This document shows, in pieces, positions 30,946 through 42,882 of a stretch of 64,000 bases of DNA. The position numbers were made by a program, and so were the translations under genes. Under the pieces are notes generated by a model. The model made no database searches. It was not told where the DNA came from and saw nothing but the letters and a program-made list of their open reading frames with translations. Numbering within the stretch: the first letter of the stretch is position 1; the number at the start of each line of letters is the position of its first letter. Source of the stretch: a virus; the IMG/VR virus record IMGVR_UViG_3300034069_002149, positions 27,650 to 91,649 of that record; one strand, given 5' to 3'.

Positions 30946-33227
30946 ATGACGGAGACCTATCCACTTCTGACGCCGTCCATGGTGATCAAGGACAGCATCA
31001 AACAGTACGGCGGCACCCACCTGCAATTCAGAGCTTCAGACGTTTTCGTGAAGGGCGTTCGGCGCAACGACATCTTTCAGGCGCACGGTTTCTCCGAATA
31101 TGGCTTCGAGGATGGTCTGATCACCTTCGACGGGTTTGCGGATTTCGGAGGCGGCACTGTCATCGTGGCGTTCTGGAGGGCAACAATCGATGACTAAGAT
31201 CAGGCATACCATAGACGGATACGACGTTGACTGGATCTCTGGCGGGAATGCAGAGGAAGCCATCTCCTTCACCAGGAAGAAAGAGAAGCTGAGGGAAGAC
31301 ATCTCCAGGATCGATAAGATGATGGTGGATGATCTCAACGATCTGGATGACAGGGTTTTTCAGGCTCTCTCGAAAACGAGAGCGAGCATAGAGGCTTTTC
31401 GTCAAAAGTCTCAGTATCACACTCCGGATGACGAAGATCTCGATTGGTTTCGCAGGGCTGAGTACTCCCGGAATTATTTCTGTCGAGTGAGGAAGCTCAT
31501 CCATCGGCGTAAGGTTACCCTTAATTATCAGGAGCCTATAAGGGCGCAGATATCAAAAAAAGATGCAGGGCGCTTACAGGCTGCCAGAGAACAGGAGTTG
31601 GCTTTAAAGAAGCAGCAGGAAAAGACTAGAAGAGAAGAGTTAAAGGCTGAGAATGTCAGGGTTGTGGCGGAGGCAAAGACCAGAAGACATCAACTGGCGA
31701 TGGAGACAAATCTTTCCGTTGCCAAAAAAGTTATCTCTCTTATTCGAGATCGCGGGATTATGACTGCGGAGGAAATCTCTCAGTTGTATGAGGAGGCACG
31801 GGCCATCGTGTCAGAAAAAATCTCTAAGGAGGGTGACGCCAATGGCTAGGAAGACAGCCACATCGACGGGGCAGGTCATCGCCGCCAACAGCCACTGGAA
31901 GCTGACCTGCTACACCAATCACGCCGATATCGTGACCTGGATCTTGCGCAAGAAGATCGACGCCAAGGGACGGGAGAGCGGCTACATCGAGCCGTACACC
32001 GACGAAACCCTGGCCTTTGCCGCCTGCGAAAAGTATGGCCTCAAAATCGAAGTGAGGAAGTCATGAGTGAGACAGTGGAAGCACAGGACATCGACGCTCA
32101 GAGAATTCTACACCTTGCCGCGAACCTTGTTGAAGGTGGTTGGACGAAGGGCAACATGGCTCTCGATGGGATGGGAGACTCCATCGATCCCCTGGACCCC
32201 CGCGCTTGTGCCTTCTGTGCCCACGGTGCGCTTGTGGCGGCAGCGAACCGGATCTATCCGGAGATGAGCAGGGAAGTCCTCTGGGAAGAAGTTGAGATTA
32301 TCAACGAGGCCGTCATCGAGCTTGGTCTAATCCCAGACACCTTTGAAATTACCGGAGCAAATGCTGTGGTCCACCAGTGGAACGACGAAGCGTACCGGAT
32401 GAAGATCGATGTCGTGGAAACGCTACACAAGGCGGCGCAGAAGATTGCAGCGGGTGCATTGTGAGAAATTCGGAAACCGCAGCCATCGTTCTCAGGTCTA
32501 TCATCGCCGTCTTTGCCGGTGCCGTCCTGACTTTGGGCGGCATAGGGATTGCCGTTGCTCTCGGCAACGGTCGTCCCGGCATTGCGATAGCGCTGGTCTT
32601 CGTGACTACCGCCGTCACACTAGGTTCCATCCTGGTTGGGCGGGACGTTCTGGCGAAATACGACGCAGAAGCCTACGACTTCAGGAGGTACGATTGACTG
32701 TCAGTAAGGCGAAGAAGCTGAGAAGGAAGCTTCCTGTCGCTCCCGTTGGTGATTACGAGTCAGCCTACAGAACGGCGCTCGAAGTCGTGCGTGAGATGAA
32801 CGAGCAGATAGACCAGCTCAACAGACTGCTCGACTGGTGTAGCCCGCGCATGAAGGATGAAATCTGCAAGGGCACCCTGAGCAACATGCGGATTGACCCG
32901 ACCCAGATCCCGGTTCGAGAGAAGAAGAAGGTCCCGCCGAAGTCAGCCCCTGAGAAACCTCCCTCCGAGAAGGACTGCTTCAGCGTGGTCGATCAGAGAG
33001 AGGTCACGCCCATGGTGGACGATATGCCGGAAGACGTCGCCACCTACCTGCTGTTCACCCCGGAAGACGAGATGAACTGGATCGGGGATAACTTCGACCG
33101 CATGACCTGGCTGCGCAACAAGGGCTTCTTCGTCCTGGTCGGCGCAGACAACAGGGTCGGCTTGCCGCCGAAGCTCTCACCCCTTGGAATATCCGTCGTC
33201 GAAATGCTGAAGAAAAGACGCCTCTAA
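30946..33227 (+). CDS. Hypothetical proteins: 30946-31197, 31190-31849 (coiled-coil), 31842-32066, 32063-32464 (DUF6197-like), 32461-32697 (two TM), 32694-33227
   Basis: Continuous translational coupling. 32063-32464 has GW.KG...C..GAL...WND motif. Confidence 0.6.
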
Positions 33228-33263
33228 CAAGCGCACCCTCAAATTCATCAAGGACGACAATCC

Positions 33264-34745
33264 ATGAACGCCATTCCCAAGAAGACCTTTCTCGGCGGTC
33301 TCAGGACCAAGCTGCTCGGGGAAACGCAGAAGCCGCCCCCGGCACCCTGCCCGGTCGCCACCCGCATTGCGGAGGGGGAGAAGATCAAGCCCAAGGGCAA
33401 GATGGTCGAGCAGGTTCTCCAGTATCACAAACAAGCCTATCCGGACGACTTCGGCGTGATCCTCCAGGACGAGCGGATCTATCAGAACATCATGAATGTC
33501 CTGATCAGCCGGAAGATGAACAAGGTCAACACCAAGCTGCGCCTGGAGCCGATCTCCAGCACCATCCAGGCCACCCGATCAGAGCCGGTGATCGTCAAGA
33601 CCAAGGCCGGTCGCAAGCTGATGTTCAGAGATGCCTCCGGAGCTTTCCGCATCCACCTCGGTCACGGCCAAGTCTGCCACCTGATCCGATGCCGCCTCGG
33701 CAAGGGTATTTCCAAGGAGTACGTCGTCGGCACCAGCGAGACGATCCGCGCGCTGTGGCTGCTGCTGGAGACCGGCGTCAAGAAGGCGAGGGTCACCCTG
33801 CCGAAGAACGGCTGCTGGGAAGCGTTCTCCTGGGATCATCAGACTGCCTTTCGTCCCTGGAAGCTGAAGGAGGAGCACGTCGCCCGCTTCCGCACCCATC
33901 CCAGCTACGACAAGCTGGCGGAAGACGTCGATGCCTTCTTCTCCGATATCGACTTCTATACCCGCTACGGCCAGACCGGCATGCGCAAAGTCCTGCTGAC
34001 TGGTCCTCCCGGCAGCGGCAAGTCCTCGATGGTGATGGCGCTTGCCGTCGCCAAGGCCAGGGATATGCCGGTGATCGTCACCACGGACGACCAATTCAAG
34101 CCCGTCTGCACCATGGCCGCGAACCTGCGACGCCCGTGCCTGATCATCATCGAGGAGATGGACACCCTCATCCACCCCGACAGCCAGGACCTGAACTTCC
34201 TGGACGGCGTCGGCACTCCCCGCAACGTTGCCGGAACCTACCTGATCTCGACCACCAACTATCCCAAGCGGATCGATCCCCGCATCCGGAAGCGTCCAGG
34301 CCGGATCGACCTGACCATGCAGGTCGGCGCTCTCCGGATGAAAGCCGCTGCCGCCGTAGCGCTCAGCTATCTGCCGTCCGACGTCACCCTGACGCCGGAT
34401 GAGGTCAAGAAGCTTGGCGGTGTGTTCGACCGCACCACGCCAGCGGAAATCCGTGAGATCATCGGCATCGCGGTTCGTCTGTGCCGCCCGACCAGCAAGA
34501 ACGAGACACCGCCAACCCTAGACCTTTCTCTCCTGGAGAAAGCCCGTATCCAACTCAAGACTCAGCTTAACAGCGTCGTGGACGAGGATGGGGACACACC
34601 GGAGGAGCGGGAGATGCTACACCATACGGTTGGCCCGGTCGGCAATCCCTTCTTGTTCGATGATTTCGATGATCTCGAAGCAATCGAAAGCTCCGAGAAC
34701 GAAGTGCCCGAACTCAAGAAATCCGCCTGGAAAGAGAAGGTGTGA
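33264..34745 (+). CDS. AAA+ ATPase
   Basis: Walker A GPPGSGKS, Walker B IIIEEMD, TTNYP..IDP...RPGRID. Confidence 0.88.
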   Translation: MNAIPKKTFLGGLRTKLLGETQKPPPAPCPVATRIAEGEKIKPKGKMVEQVLQYHKQAYPDDFGVILQDERIYQNIMNVLISRKMNKVNTKLRLEPISSTIQATRSEPVIVKTKAGRKLMFRDASGAFRIHLGHGQVCHLIRCRLGKGISKEYVVGTSETIRALWLLLETGVKKARVTLPKNGCWEAFSWDHQTAFRPWKLKEEHVARFRTHPSYDKLAEDVDAFFSDIDFYTRYGQTGMRKVLLTGPPGSGKSSMVMALAVAKARDMPVIVTTDDQFKPVCTMAANLRRPCLIIIEEMDTLIHPDSQDLNFLDGVGTPRNVAGTYLISTTNYPKRIDPRIRKRPGRIDLTMQVGALRMKAAAAVALSYLPSDVTLTPDEVKKLGGVFDRTTPAEIREIIGIAVRLCRPTSKNETPPTLDLSLLEKARIQLKTQLNSVVDEDGDTPEEREMLHHTVGPVGNPFLFDDFDDLEAIESSENEVPELKKSAWKEKV

Positions 34746-34749
34746 CCAG

Positions 34750-35473
34750 ATGAGAGGGGATGAACGCACGATGTACGAGATCGAGGTCTTTCGCAGGCTG
34801 CGCGCCGCGCTGGGAGAGACGGATAAGCCGGGATGCTGCTGTGACTGCGGCGGTTCCGGTGTCATTCCGGATAGTGAGGGAACACAGCCCACTGGCCCTG
34901 GTGTCTGGCAGACCTGCCCAACCTGTGAGGGGCAGGGCAAGGGAGGCATCTCATGACATCTCCCATAGATCTCCTGATCTCCCGCGTGGAGATGCGCTGT
35001 ATGGTCTGTCAGGCCAAAATGGGCACCTGTGGCTGCTGGGTGAAAATGGAATGCCCATCGTGCGGCACGTCAAAGACAGCGCAGCGGCACGAGACGGACC
35101 CGGAAGGAACGGCGCGCGTTGTGGCCCGCTGTCCGGATTGCGATGATGACGGCAGCGAGTATCCGGAAATTTTCTACTACGATGCTGCCGGACGACAGCT
35201 TGCCGCTTTCTAAGAAGGAAACAGAGGATGACGACCCCGTACCACGTCAAGTGTCCGCTGTGCGGCGCTGAGCCAATGCATCGGTGTGAAACTCCGACAG
35301 GGTACGGGTCTCCGCCTCACGACCGCCGCTGGAAAGCGGCAGGTATCGGAAGTCCGACGCCGCAGGACAGAATGGCGGCATGGAATGTCTATCAGGAGCA
35401 TATCAGGGACGGTATCCTGAAAGGCCGCATCAAAGATCGGGGAAGTCCTCCGGAGAACACTTCCGGGGATTAG
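34750..35473 (+). CDS. Three small zinc-finger-like proteins: 34750-34956, 34953-35213, 35228-35473
   Basis: CxxCxGxG and CxxC pairs, SD and overlaps. Confidence 0.55.
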
Positions 35474-35479
35474 CGATTA

Positions 35480-36049
35480 ATGCTACAGCGCAGCATGATC
35501 CTCTCAGATATCGAAATCCTCGAACTCATCGACGCCGGGATGATTAGCCCCGCCGAACGTGAACTCATCGGCAGGGTGCAGGGCATTATGTCCTTCGGCC
35601 TGTCTTCTTACGGCTACGACTTCCGACTCGGGACGGAGTTCGTTCGCTACAAGTCGAGAGCGCCGGACGACCCCCTTGACCCTAGAAACATCACGGAAGA
35701 CGACGTGATCCGGTTCGAGGCGGAAGAGGTTGTCATTCCGGCCAAAGGGTTCCTGCTCGGGACCACCATGGAATACGTCAAGATGCCGAGAGACGTAACG
35801 GCATTACCGCACGACAAGAGCACGCCCGCCCGCTGCGGCATCGTGATCCAGAACACCGTCGTGGAAGCTGGATTTGAAGGGCCTATCACGATGGAGATCT
35901 ATAACTACCAGCCGTTCCCCGTCCTTCTTCGGGCTGGGGAAGGCATCTGCCAAATGCTGTTCCTGCGCGGTTTCCCCTGCAAAACCAGCTACGCCGACCG
36001 CAAGGGCAAGTACATGAACCAAGCAGGAACTACGCTTCCGAGATCCTGA
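35480..36049 (+). CDS. dcd: dCTP deaminase
   Basis: ILSD.EI, SFGLSSYGYDFRL, KST.ARCGI, E.GFEG.IT.EI.N, GEGICQMLF, SYADRKGKY..Q.G.TLPR. Confidence 0.93.
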   Translation: MLQRSMILSDIEILELIDAGMISPAERELIGRVQGIMSFGLSSYGYDFRLGTEFVRYKSRAPDDPLDPRNITEDDVIRFEAEEVVIPAKGFLLGTTMEYVKMPRDVTALPHDKSTPARCGIVIQNTVVEAGFEGPITMEIYNYQPFPVLLRAGEGICQMLFLRGFPCKTSYADRKGKYMNQAGTTLPRS

Positions 36050-36071
36050 GCGCAAACACATCAAGGGCAAC

Positions 36072-36989
36072 ATGGTCAGCATCGGTTACGCACGAGTCTC
36101 CACGGAGGAGCAGACAACAGAAGGGCAGATCGAGGCCCTGTATAATGCTGGGTGCAGTAAGGTTTTTACAGAGAATGCCTCGGGCGGAGATCCGCGCCGC
36201 CCCATTCTGGCTCAGGCGATAGCCTCCCTGAAGAAGGGGGATACCCTGGTGGTCGTTCGGATCGACCGGTTGGCGCGCTCCGTCGTCCACCTCCTGGAGG
36301 TTATCGATGATCTTCAGGAGAAGGGCATCAGCTTCCGCTCGCTGAGCGATCCCATCGACACCACCAGTCCGCAAGGGCGCTTCACCCTCCAGATCCTCGG
36401 TTCCGTGGCGGAGTTCGAGCGCGCCCTGATCCGGGAGCGAACACTGGCTGGAATGATCGTCGCCCGCAAGAACGGCAAGGTCTCCGGCAATCCCGGCCTG
36501 ATCAACAAAGACCCCGCAGCCCTCGCCAAGGTTCAGTCTGCCCGAGATGCTGTCCGGATGAACACCATCCGGGAGAAAGCTGCCGACTATCTGCCCATCA
36601 TCGTGTCTCTGCGTCCTGCCGCGAGTTGGGAAGCAGTCGCGGAAATGCTGAACCGGAACGGTGGCACTCGGCCCATCTCTGGCAAGCCGTGGACCAGGGA
36701 TGGCGCTATTCGAGTCGCCAAGCGTCTGGTCGAGGCCGGTCTGGCAGATCCCTCCGTGCTCGGCGTTGCCAACCGCAAGGGCACCACGGATAACCTGCTG
36801 GCGATCATCTCCGGTCTGGTCAAGATGAACCCAGATGCCACCCTGGACCAGATCGGGGAGAACCTGCGCGCCATGGGTCAGGTCACTCCAAAGGGAAGCG
36901 CCAAATGGAACCGCTCCTCAGTCAAGTGGTTGCTCGATCAGGCGCGGGAACGCGGTATGATTCCCGCACCCGCTCACGAACCGGCATAG
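36072..36989 (+). CDS. Serine recombinase (resolvase/invertase) with extended C-terminal DNA-binding region
   Basis: GYARVST.EQ, RP.L...I..L..GD.LVV.RIDRLARS, GRFTLQILGSVAEFERALIRERT.AG. Confidence 0.92.
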   Translation: MVSIGYARVSTEEQTTEGQIEALYNAGCSKVFTENASGGDPRRPILAQAIASLKKGDTLVVVRIDRLARSVVHLLEVIDDLQEKGISFRSLSDPIDTTSPQGRFTLQILGSVAEFERALIRERTLAGMIVARKNGKVSGNPGLINKDPAALAKVQSARDAVRMNTIREKAADYLPIIVSLRPAASWEAVAEMLNRNGGTRPISGKPWTRDGAIRVAKRLVEAGLADPSVLGVANRKGTTDNLLAIISGLVKMNPDATLDQIGENLRAMGQVTPKGSAKWNRSSVKWLLDQARERGMIPAPAHEPA

Positions 36990-36990
36990 G

Positions 36991-37248
36991 ATGAGAGACG
37001 CTATGTCACCGATTGAGAAGAAGCACAGAAGCCAGATGAACGCCATCATGACGGCGCTGACCGATGTCTTTCCCGGATACGGTGTTGCCCTGATGGTGTT
37101 CGAAATGGACCAGCCGGACAAACCGCGCGTGCCGGGGCGGATCAACTACATCAGCAATGCCGAAAGGTCGTCTATGCTGGTAGCCCTTAAGGAGTTCATC
37201 GCCCGCCACGAAGGAAGAATGGTGGACGGCCCGGATATGCCACAGTAG
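36991..37248 (+). CDS. Hypothetical phage protein
   Basis: ORF abutting the resolvase. Resembles 41404-41658. Confidence 0.55.
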   Translation: MRDAMSPIEKKHRSQMNAIMTALTDVFPGYGVALMVFEMDQPDKPRVPGRINYISNAERSSMLVALKEFIARHEGRMVDGPDMPQ

Positions 37249-37343
37249 CCATATTAGATACTAATCTGCCCCCTATGAGAGCCTGCGGGACACCCTTCGG
37301 GTGTTTATCATCCAGGCATCGCGCGCATCAGGGGCAAATTAGA

Positions 37344-38954
37344 ATGATTACAGACGCCAGGAAGCTGGGCAATGGCTCAGCGGTCGAGACGGACATCTGC
37401 ATCGTCGGTGCCGGGGCTGCCGGTATCACGCTTGCCATGGAGTTTCTGGAGAGCGGCTACAAGGTCGTGCTGCTGGAGAGCGGCGGTCTTGATCTTGAAG
37501 AGGAAGCACAATCCCTCAATCAGGGAAGCTGCGTCAGCGAGTGGAAGATCGATCCTGAGTGGACCCGGCTGCGCCAGTTCGGCGGCACCACCATGCACTG
37601 GGGCGGCAACTGCTCGCCGCTCGACCCGTGGGACTTCGAGGTGCGGGACTGGGTGGCGGGCAGCGGCTGGCCGTTCGGCCGGGAGGAACTGGACCCGGTT
37701 TATCCCAAAGCCTTCTCCTACTGCCAATTGCCCTCGGACCAGTTCGATGTCCAGCACTGGGCCGCGATCAATCCGGATTTCGCGGAGAAGCGGATAAAGC
37801 TGGGCAATAACCTCCAGGAGAAGATCTATCTCAAGAGTCCGCCAACCCGTTTCGGCACGGTTTACAAAGACGCCCTGGACGACAAGGAGGGGCGCTGCAT
37901 GGTCTATCTCAACGCCCACGTCACGGAAATAGAAACGGATGACAGCGGAGTCGTGGTGACCGGCCTGTCTCTCCTCGGGCCGGACAAGGCGGTTTCCCGC
38001 ATCACCGCCCGCGCTTTCGTGCTGGCGGGCGGCATGGAGAACGCCCGCCTGCTGCTGCTGTCCAACCGGATCATGCCAAATGGTCTCGGCAACGGCTACG
38101 ATACGGTCGGGCGCTGGTTCATGACCCACCTCTCCTTCACCAGCGGCACGGCCCTGATCGATATCGGGGACGGTGCCGCCCACTACTACGGTCTCGATGG
38201 CTGGGAGGCCCGGTTCAAGGATACGGTCCTGCCGTTCGCGGTCGGCATCCAGCCAACCCGTCAGGCTCAGCAGGCGAGAGGCATGCTCAACAGCGTCGTA
38301 TTTCTCGATGAGAGTTACGGCGGGGAGAGATCCCCCGGCTTCAAGGCGCTGCGCCGCATCGTCAAGCGCGCTCTCTATGGGCAAATTCCGGACGATCTGT
38401 CCGGAGATCTGGCGAAGGTCCTGTCCGACGTCGATGGCATCGCCAGCGCTCTCTATGGCCGCTACAGCGGGGACGCCGACTACCGGGTGCTGGAGCTTGG
38501 CTATTTCGCTGAGCAGGCTCCCAACCGGGACAGCAGGCTGCGGCTGGGAGACAACCTGGATCGCAACGGCCAGCGGGAACTGGTGATCGACTGGCAGCCG
38601 TCAGAAATCGATAAGCACACCATCCTGGAAACCCAGTCCCTGCTGTCGGCGGAGTTCGGGGACATGGGGCTTGGCCGGATCAAGGTCGAGTTCAATGATA
38701 TGTCTGATCCCTGGCCCAAGGTGCCGGACAGCGCCTCCCACTTCATGGGATCGACCCGGATGCATGACGATCCCCGCCACGGCGTCGTCAATCGGAATTG
38801 CCGGGTGCATGGCATGGAAAATCTCTACATCGCCGGAGGCTCCGTCTTCCCAACCTCCGGATCTGCCATGGTGACGATGAATATCGTCGCGCTCAGCATC
38901 AGGTTGGCGCGCTACATGACCCAGAAATTGTCCCGCACGGCTTCCAATCACTGA
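37344..38954 (+). CDS. GMC-family FAD oxidoreductase
   Basis: DICIVGAGAAG Rossmann motif, R.RQFGGTT.HWGG, ENARLLLLS, H.MGSTRM...P..GVV..NCRVHG..NLYIAGGSVFPT. Confidence 0.9.
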   Translation: MITDARKLGNGSAVETDICIVGAGAAGITLAMEFLESGYKVVLLESGGLDLEEEAQSLNQGSCVSEWKIDPEWTRLRQFGGTTMHWGGNCSPLDPWDFEVRDWVAGSGWPFGREELDPVYPKAFSYCQLPSDQFDVQHWAAINPDFAEKRIKLGNNLQEKIYLKSPPTRFGTVYKDALDDKEGRCMVYLNAHVTEIETDDSGVVVTGLSLLGPDKAVSRITARAFVLAGGMENARLLLLSNRIMPNGLGNGYDTVGRWFMTHLSFTSGTALIDIGDGAAHYYGLDGWEARFKDTVLPFAVGIQPTRQAQQARGMLNSVVFLDESYGGERSPGFKALRRIVKRALYGQIPDDLSGDLAKVLSDVDGIASALYGRYSGDADYRVLELGYFAEQAPNRDSRLRLGDNLDRNGQRELVIDWQPSEIDKHTILETQSLLSAEFGDMGLGRIKVEFNDMSDPWPKVPDSASHFMGSTRMHDDPRHGVVNRNCRVHGMENLYIAGGSVFPTSGSAMVTMNIVALSIRLARYMTQKLSRTASNH

Positions 38955-39023
38955 TCGTTTTAGGCATGTTACTCCGCGATCACTGCTAAATGGCCTATGC
39001 CTGTCGATGGAGCTAACAGACGA

Positions 39024-39239
39024 ATGGAAGATTGGATCGGCGCTGACCTGCTCAATTGGCGCAAGGGGCTGAACTTAACCCAGGAAGAGGCGGCGGAGCT
39101 TCTGGAAATCTCTTCTCGAACCATCATCACATGGGAGAAGATGGAAACTCCAATCAAGCGGCACGTCATGCTGGCGTGCCGTTTCATCGAGCAGAACCCC
39201 TCCGCCCGGTCCCGCTTCGCCAGGAGGGTCAGCGCATGA
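39024..39239 (+). CDS. XRE/Cro-type HTH protein
   Basis: L..WRK.L.LTQEEAAELL.IS.RTI..WE. Confidence 0.8.
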   Translation: MEDWIGADLLNWRKGLNLTQEEAAELLEISSRTIITWEKMETPIKRHVMLACRFIEQNPSARSRFARRVSA

Positions 39240-40781
39240 AGCCGCAGGGATTTCATATGACGGATCGAGTCGCGACGGATGTTGATCCGGACATGACCCT
39301 GACGGATATCGCCATGCTTCTGTCCCGGATGAACGACTGCTATCCGACTCCGGGGACCCAGCGGCTGGCACAACAGCTTGCCAATGAGCTTGGAGAGGTC
39401 TATCTCGACAAGATGTGCCAGCAACTCATGCAGGCTCCGTTCTGGAACAGCAAGGACACCCCGGACTGATGACCGATCCCGGCATCTCCATGACAGAGGT
39501 AGACTTCCACTTCGGCCCCAGCGTGCCGCAGGAGGTCTTTGACTTCATCGGCAGCAACAGGATCGGCCTGACCGTTCAGCAGAAGCGCTCTGTCCTCTCG
39601 CTGCTGGCGAAGCTCTACCATCTCGGCGTTGACGATGGCCGAAAACTCCTCAGCGAGGAAGACCGGCAGCATCTGCTGTATATGGAGACATTGGACCGTC
39701 TGGCCCAACGCATAGCCAAGCTGGAAAAGAATGCCTGACTTCAAGCCGCAGGACCGGGTTCAGATCTGCAACGACTACGCTGTCATGCACGACCTGTGGA
39801 AGATGGCGGATTTCATTCGGCTCAAGGACCGCCTCGGAACCGTTGTGACCGTGATGCCGCCGCTGATCGAGGTTCTGTTTGACCGCAGGAAGCCGAAGGG
39901 CCATGACGTCCTGGTGGCGCTGCACAATCCGGACTGCCTCGAACTGGTCAAGCGCCCTCGCCCCCGGCGCGCATGAGAAGTGCCGCCAAACGTTCCAGGC
40001 CGGTTCGCCGCAGGAAGAACGCCAGCAAGAAGTACCGCCCGCGCACGATGGAGCGCGTCAAGGGCGATGAGTCCTTCCAGGAAGGCTGGGGCTTCAGCCA
40101 CGACACCAGCATCAAGGCCCACTGGTTCACCCCGACCGTTGCCGGGATGCGCGTCAGCCTGTGTCACGTCTCTCTCCAGGCTCCAGTCTGGATCATCCCC
40201 TCCGTCAAGGAGGACGATGCCAAATGCCTCAGTTGTCAGAAATTCCTGGACCGCAGGCTGAACCTCGCCAAGATAAAGCAGGAGCGGGATCTGAAGCGCC
40301 GACTGGACAGCCGGATCGCCAGCTTCCTGGCAGATCCCCTGCTCGGTCCCCGCCTCTACGCCTGTCCGGTCTGTGATACCGCCTACGAAGGCATGGCTCC
40401 ACAATTATTCCCATGCTCAGAAGGAGGGCACCCGGCTACGATGGTCGTGGAATTGGTGAGAAAGGACACCTGGACGAGAGACAAGACGCCCTAAATGCTT
40501 TATACGTTCGCGTCTGAGCCTCAAAGGGATAAATCATGACAGCCGTTGACGAGCCTATTCTCTACGTCAATCCGGATACCATGGGGCGTCTGCTCGCGAG
40601 CGAACGGGCGTCCATCAGATCTGTTAACGGCGTTGCCACCACGGCCTTTGCTGAAACGGACGACAGATACCCGAACGTGAAGCTCCTTGTGTCGAGAGAA
40701 GTCATGGGGCATTCCGTCCACAGGAAGATATGGATCGCTTCGGAGCAGCGGTTCATTTTCGAATATATCGGGGATGTTTGA
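39236..40781 (+). CDS. Hypothetical proteins: 39236-39469, 39469-39738, 39731-39976, 39973-40494, 40536-40781
   Basis: Coupled ORFs. Confidence 0.55.
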
Positions 40782-40861
40782 TCGGCGGGCCGGGGGTGGG
40801 AATCAGTTGGGATTGTATCCGATGTGCTCAGAAATCCCGAGACTCACACGAGGACGAAGAG

Positions 40862-41407
40862 ATGGACCGGATCGCTAGTTACGAAATTCTCACCGACGAC
40901 CTGACCCTGCCCAACGATTGCCGCTTTCGCATCTGGAGCCGTGCGCGCCTGGAGGTCTGTGGCCGTCATGTCATGCTTGAGGGTAGTCATGCCGGTCTGA
41001 TGCTGGAACTCCTGAGAAACAGAGGGAAACGGGTTTCCGCAGAGATGCTGAGAGCATCGATGCTTGGCAGCAATCACAAGGATGGCGAAGTCTCTGTCGA
41101 GGAAGAGGTCGGCATGGAGATCCGCCGTATCCGCTACATGATGGCCGCGAGGGGTATCCTTCTCTCTATCGATGACAGCGAGCCGGAGGAAGGCTTCATG
41201 CTCTCCGCCGTCTCCCCGATCCACTGCGATCCGCCGTCATCCCCTCACCGCAGGAAATCGCGGACGCGCCGGACGCACAAGGCTATTTCAGACCAAGTTA
41301 CGGAGCGACCGACCTTCACTCGTGGACACTCTTCTGAGCCATCGGCTGTGCCCTACTCAGTCCCGGAGAGACATGAGAGAAGAACGATACGCGGAGGAAA
41401 AGAATGA
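40862..41407 (+). CDS. OmpR/PhoB-like winged-helix DNA-binding protein without receiver domain
   Basis: V.L......L.L.LL...G..VS...L...........V...I.RIR pattern, GAGGA SD. Confidence 0.55.
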   Translation: MDRIASYEILTDDLTLPNDCRFRIWSRARLEVCGRHVMLEGSHAGLMLELLRNRGKRVSAEMLRASMLGSNHKDGEVSVEEEVGMEIRRIRYMMAARGILLSIDDSEPEEGFMLSAVSPIHCDPPSSPHRRKSRTRRTHKAISDQVTERPTFTRGHSSEPSAVPYSVPERHERRTIRGGKE

Positions 41408-42713
41408 CGTCACAGTCAAGTGAGATGGATCTCAAAATCGGAGCCATGCTGCGCGCTCTGGCGGAAGCCATCTCTGAGGAGTTGCCGGACGCCGGTTTTG
41501 TTCTGATCATGGGCCGCTCCGCCGACGATAGCAGTTCCGGCAGCCTGCTGTCCCTGTCCAACCTGGACGACGAGAACACCGCCAGCATCCTGGAAGCCAT
41601 TCTGGTGCGGCGGCGCGGCGGTCAGTCAACCCACATTCCCGGCCCCACTATACAGTAGGAACGGCAAGGCCCCGCCACGGCCTTGCGCAGCACCGTGGCG
41701 GGCTTGCGCGCATTATCTCTAGCTACCCTACCGGAAAACCGGACAATTCACACAGGAGCCACAGCCGCTCATGACGATCACGCCGGAAGACATCGATGAG
41801 ATCTGCCGCCGCGTTGTCCAGAACACCATGGCGAGGGTTCTCAAGGATGACCGTCCGCTCGACTACGATATGGGCATCAAGCTCGGACTGCTTCAGATTA
41901 AGCTGATAGAGAACCTGATCTTCTCTCTCAAGGCGAAGATGGAGGTTTTGCCTGGACAGGCCAACCATCCGGCTCAGGTTCATGGAGATATCCCGTCCAC
42001 CCAGGAGATCAATCCGATGGACCGCTTTGGGATTCCCCCAGCGCAGCTTCTTGCTGGCTCCATCCCGGAGGACGACAAGCCGTGATCGATCCGGAGGAAG
42101 TCAGGGACAGCGCCCTTCTCCTCGATATCCTGGAGTGGATCAAGACCATGCGCTCTGATCCAAACGCGCAGTTCGTGCTGGACATGATGATTGATCACAG
42201 AAAAAGTCGAGAGGTCGTCATGCCGTGCTGGCTTTTCAAACTCGTGCTCAATGACCTTGAGGTATATGCTACCAGCACCCTGGCGAAGCGGGGTGTTGAT
42301 CTGCCGTCTGTGCCTGCTCCGCCCCATGATCCGGCTGGAGAGGACCGCACATGAACCAATTCGTCGTTGTCATGCTTGCCGCCCTAACCCTGGCGATGAC
42401 CGCCAGTTGCCTTATGGTCGGTTTCGTCTGCGCCTTCTGGAAGACAAAAGCCAGTCTGCTCGGTGTCCGTCCTACCGGAATCATGATCCTGTACAAGGCG
42501 TCGTGTGTGCTGTGCGTCTCCATGGCGATGCTGATGTTGACTCCGATTGGGCTTCTGGCAACGCTTCCCGGCATGATCGTCGGTGCCACCGTAGCCCTGC
42601 TCGATGTCATCAAGATGGATGATGGTGACCGGGAGAGATTTCTCAGAAACAACAGCGGTCGCTACTTCGACCCACTCGGCATCATAGACGCCAGCGTCAT
42701 TAAAAGAGGCTGA
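41404..42713 (+). CDS. Hypothetical proteins: 41404-41658, 41771-42085, 42082-42354, 42351-42713 (membrane)
   Basis: SD and overlaps. Confidence 0.55.
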
Positions 42714-42882
42714 AGCTTGCCAAGAAAAGGCCAATTACTGGAACGAAAACCCTGGTTTCGATTATGACTGGCAAATCCTGATCTATTGGGCTATTGTCAT
42801 CGACGGATAGCTGCGTCTTAATTCAGTCACCCCGCCTCGCATCCCCGCGACGGCGGGCTTTTTGCGTGTCCGGGGATTCTCG

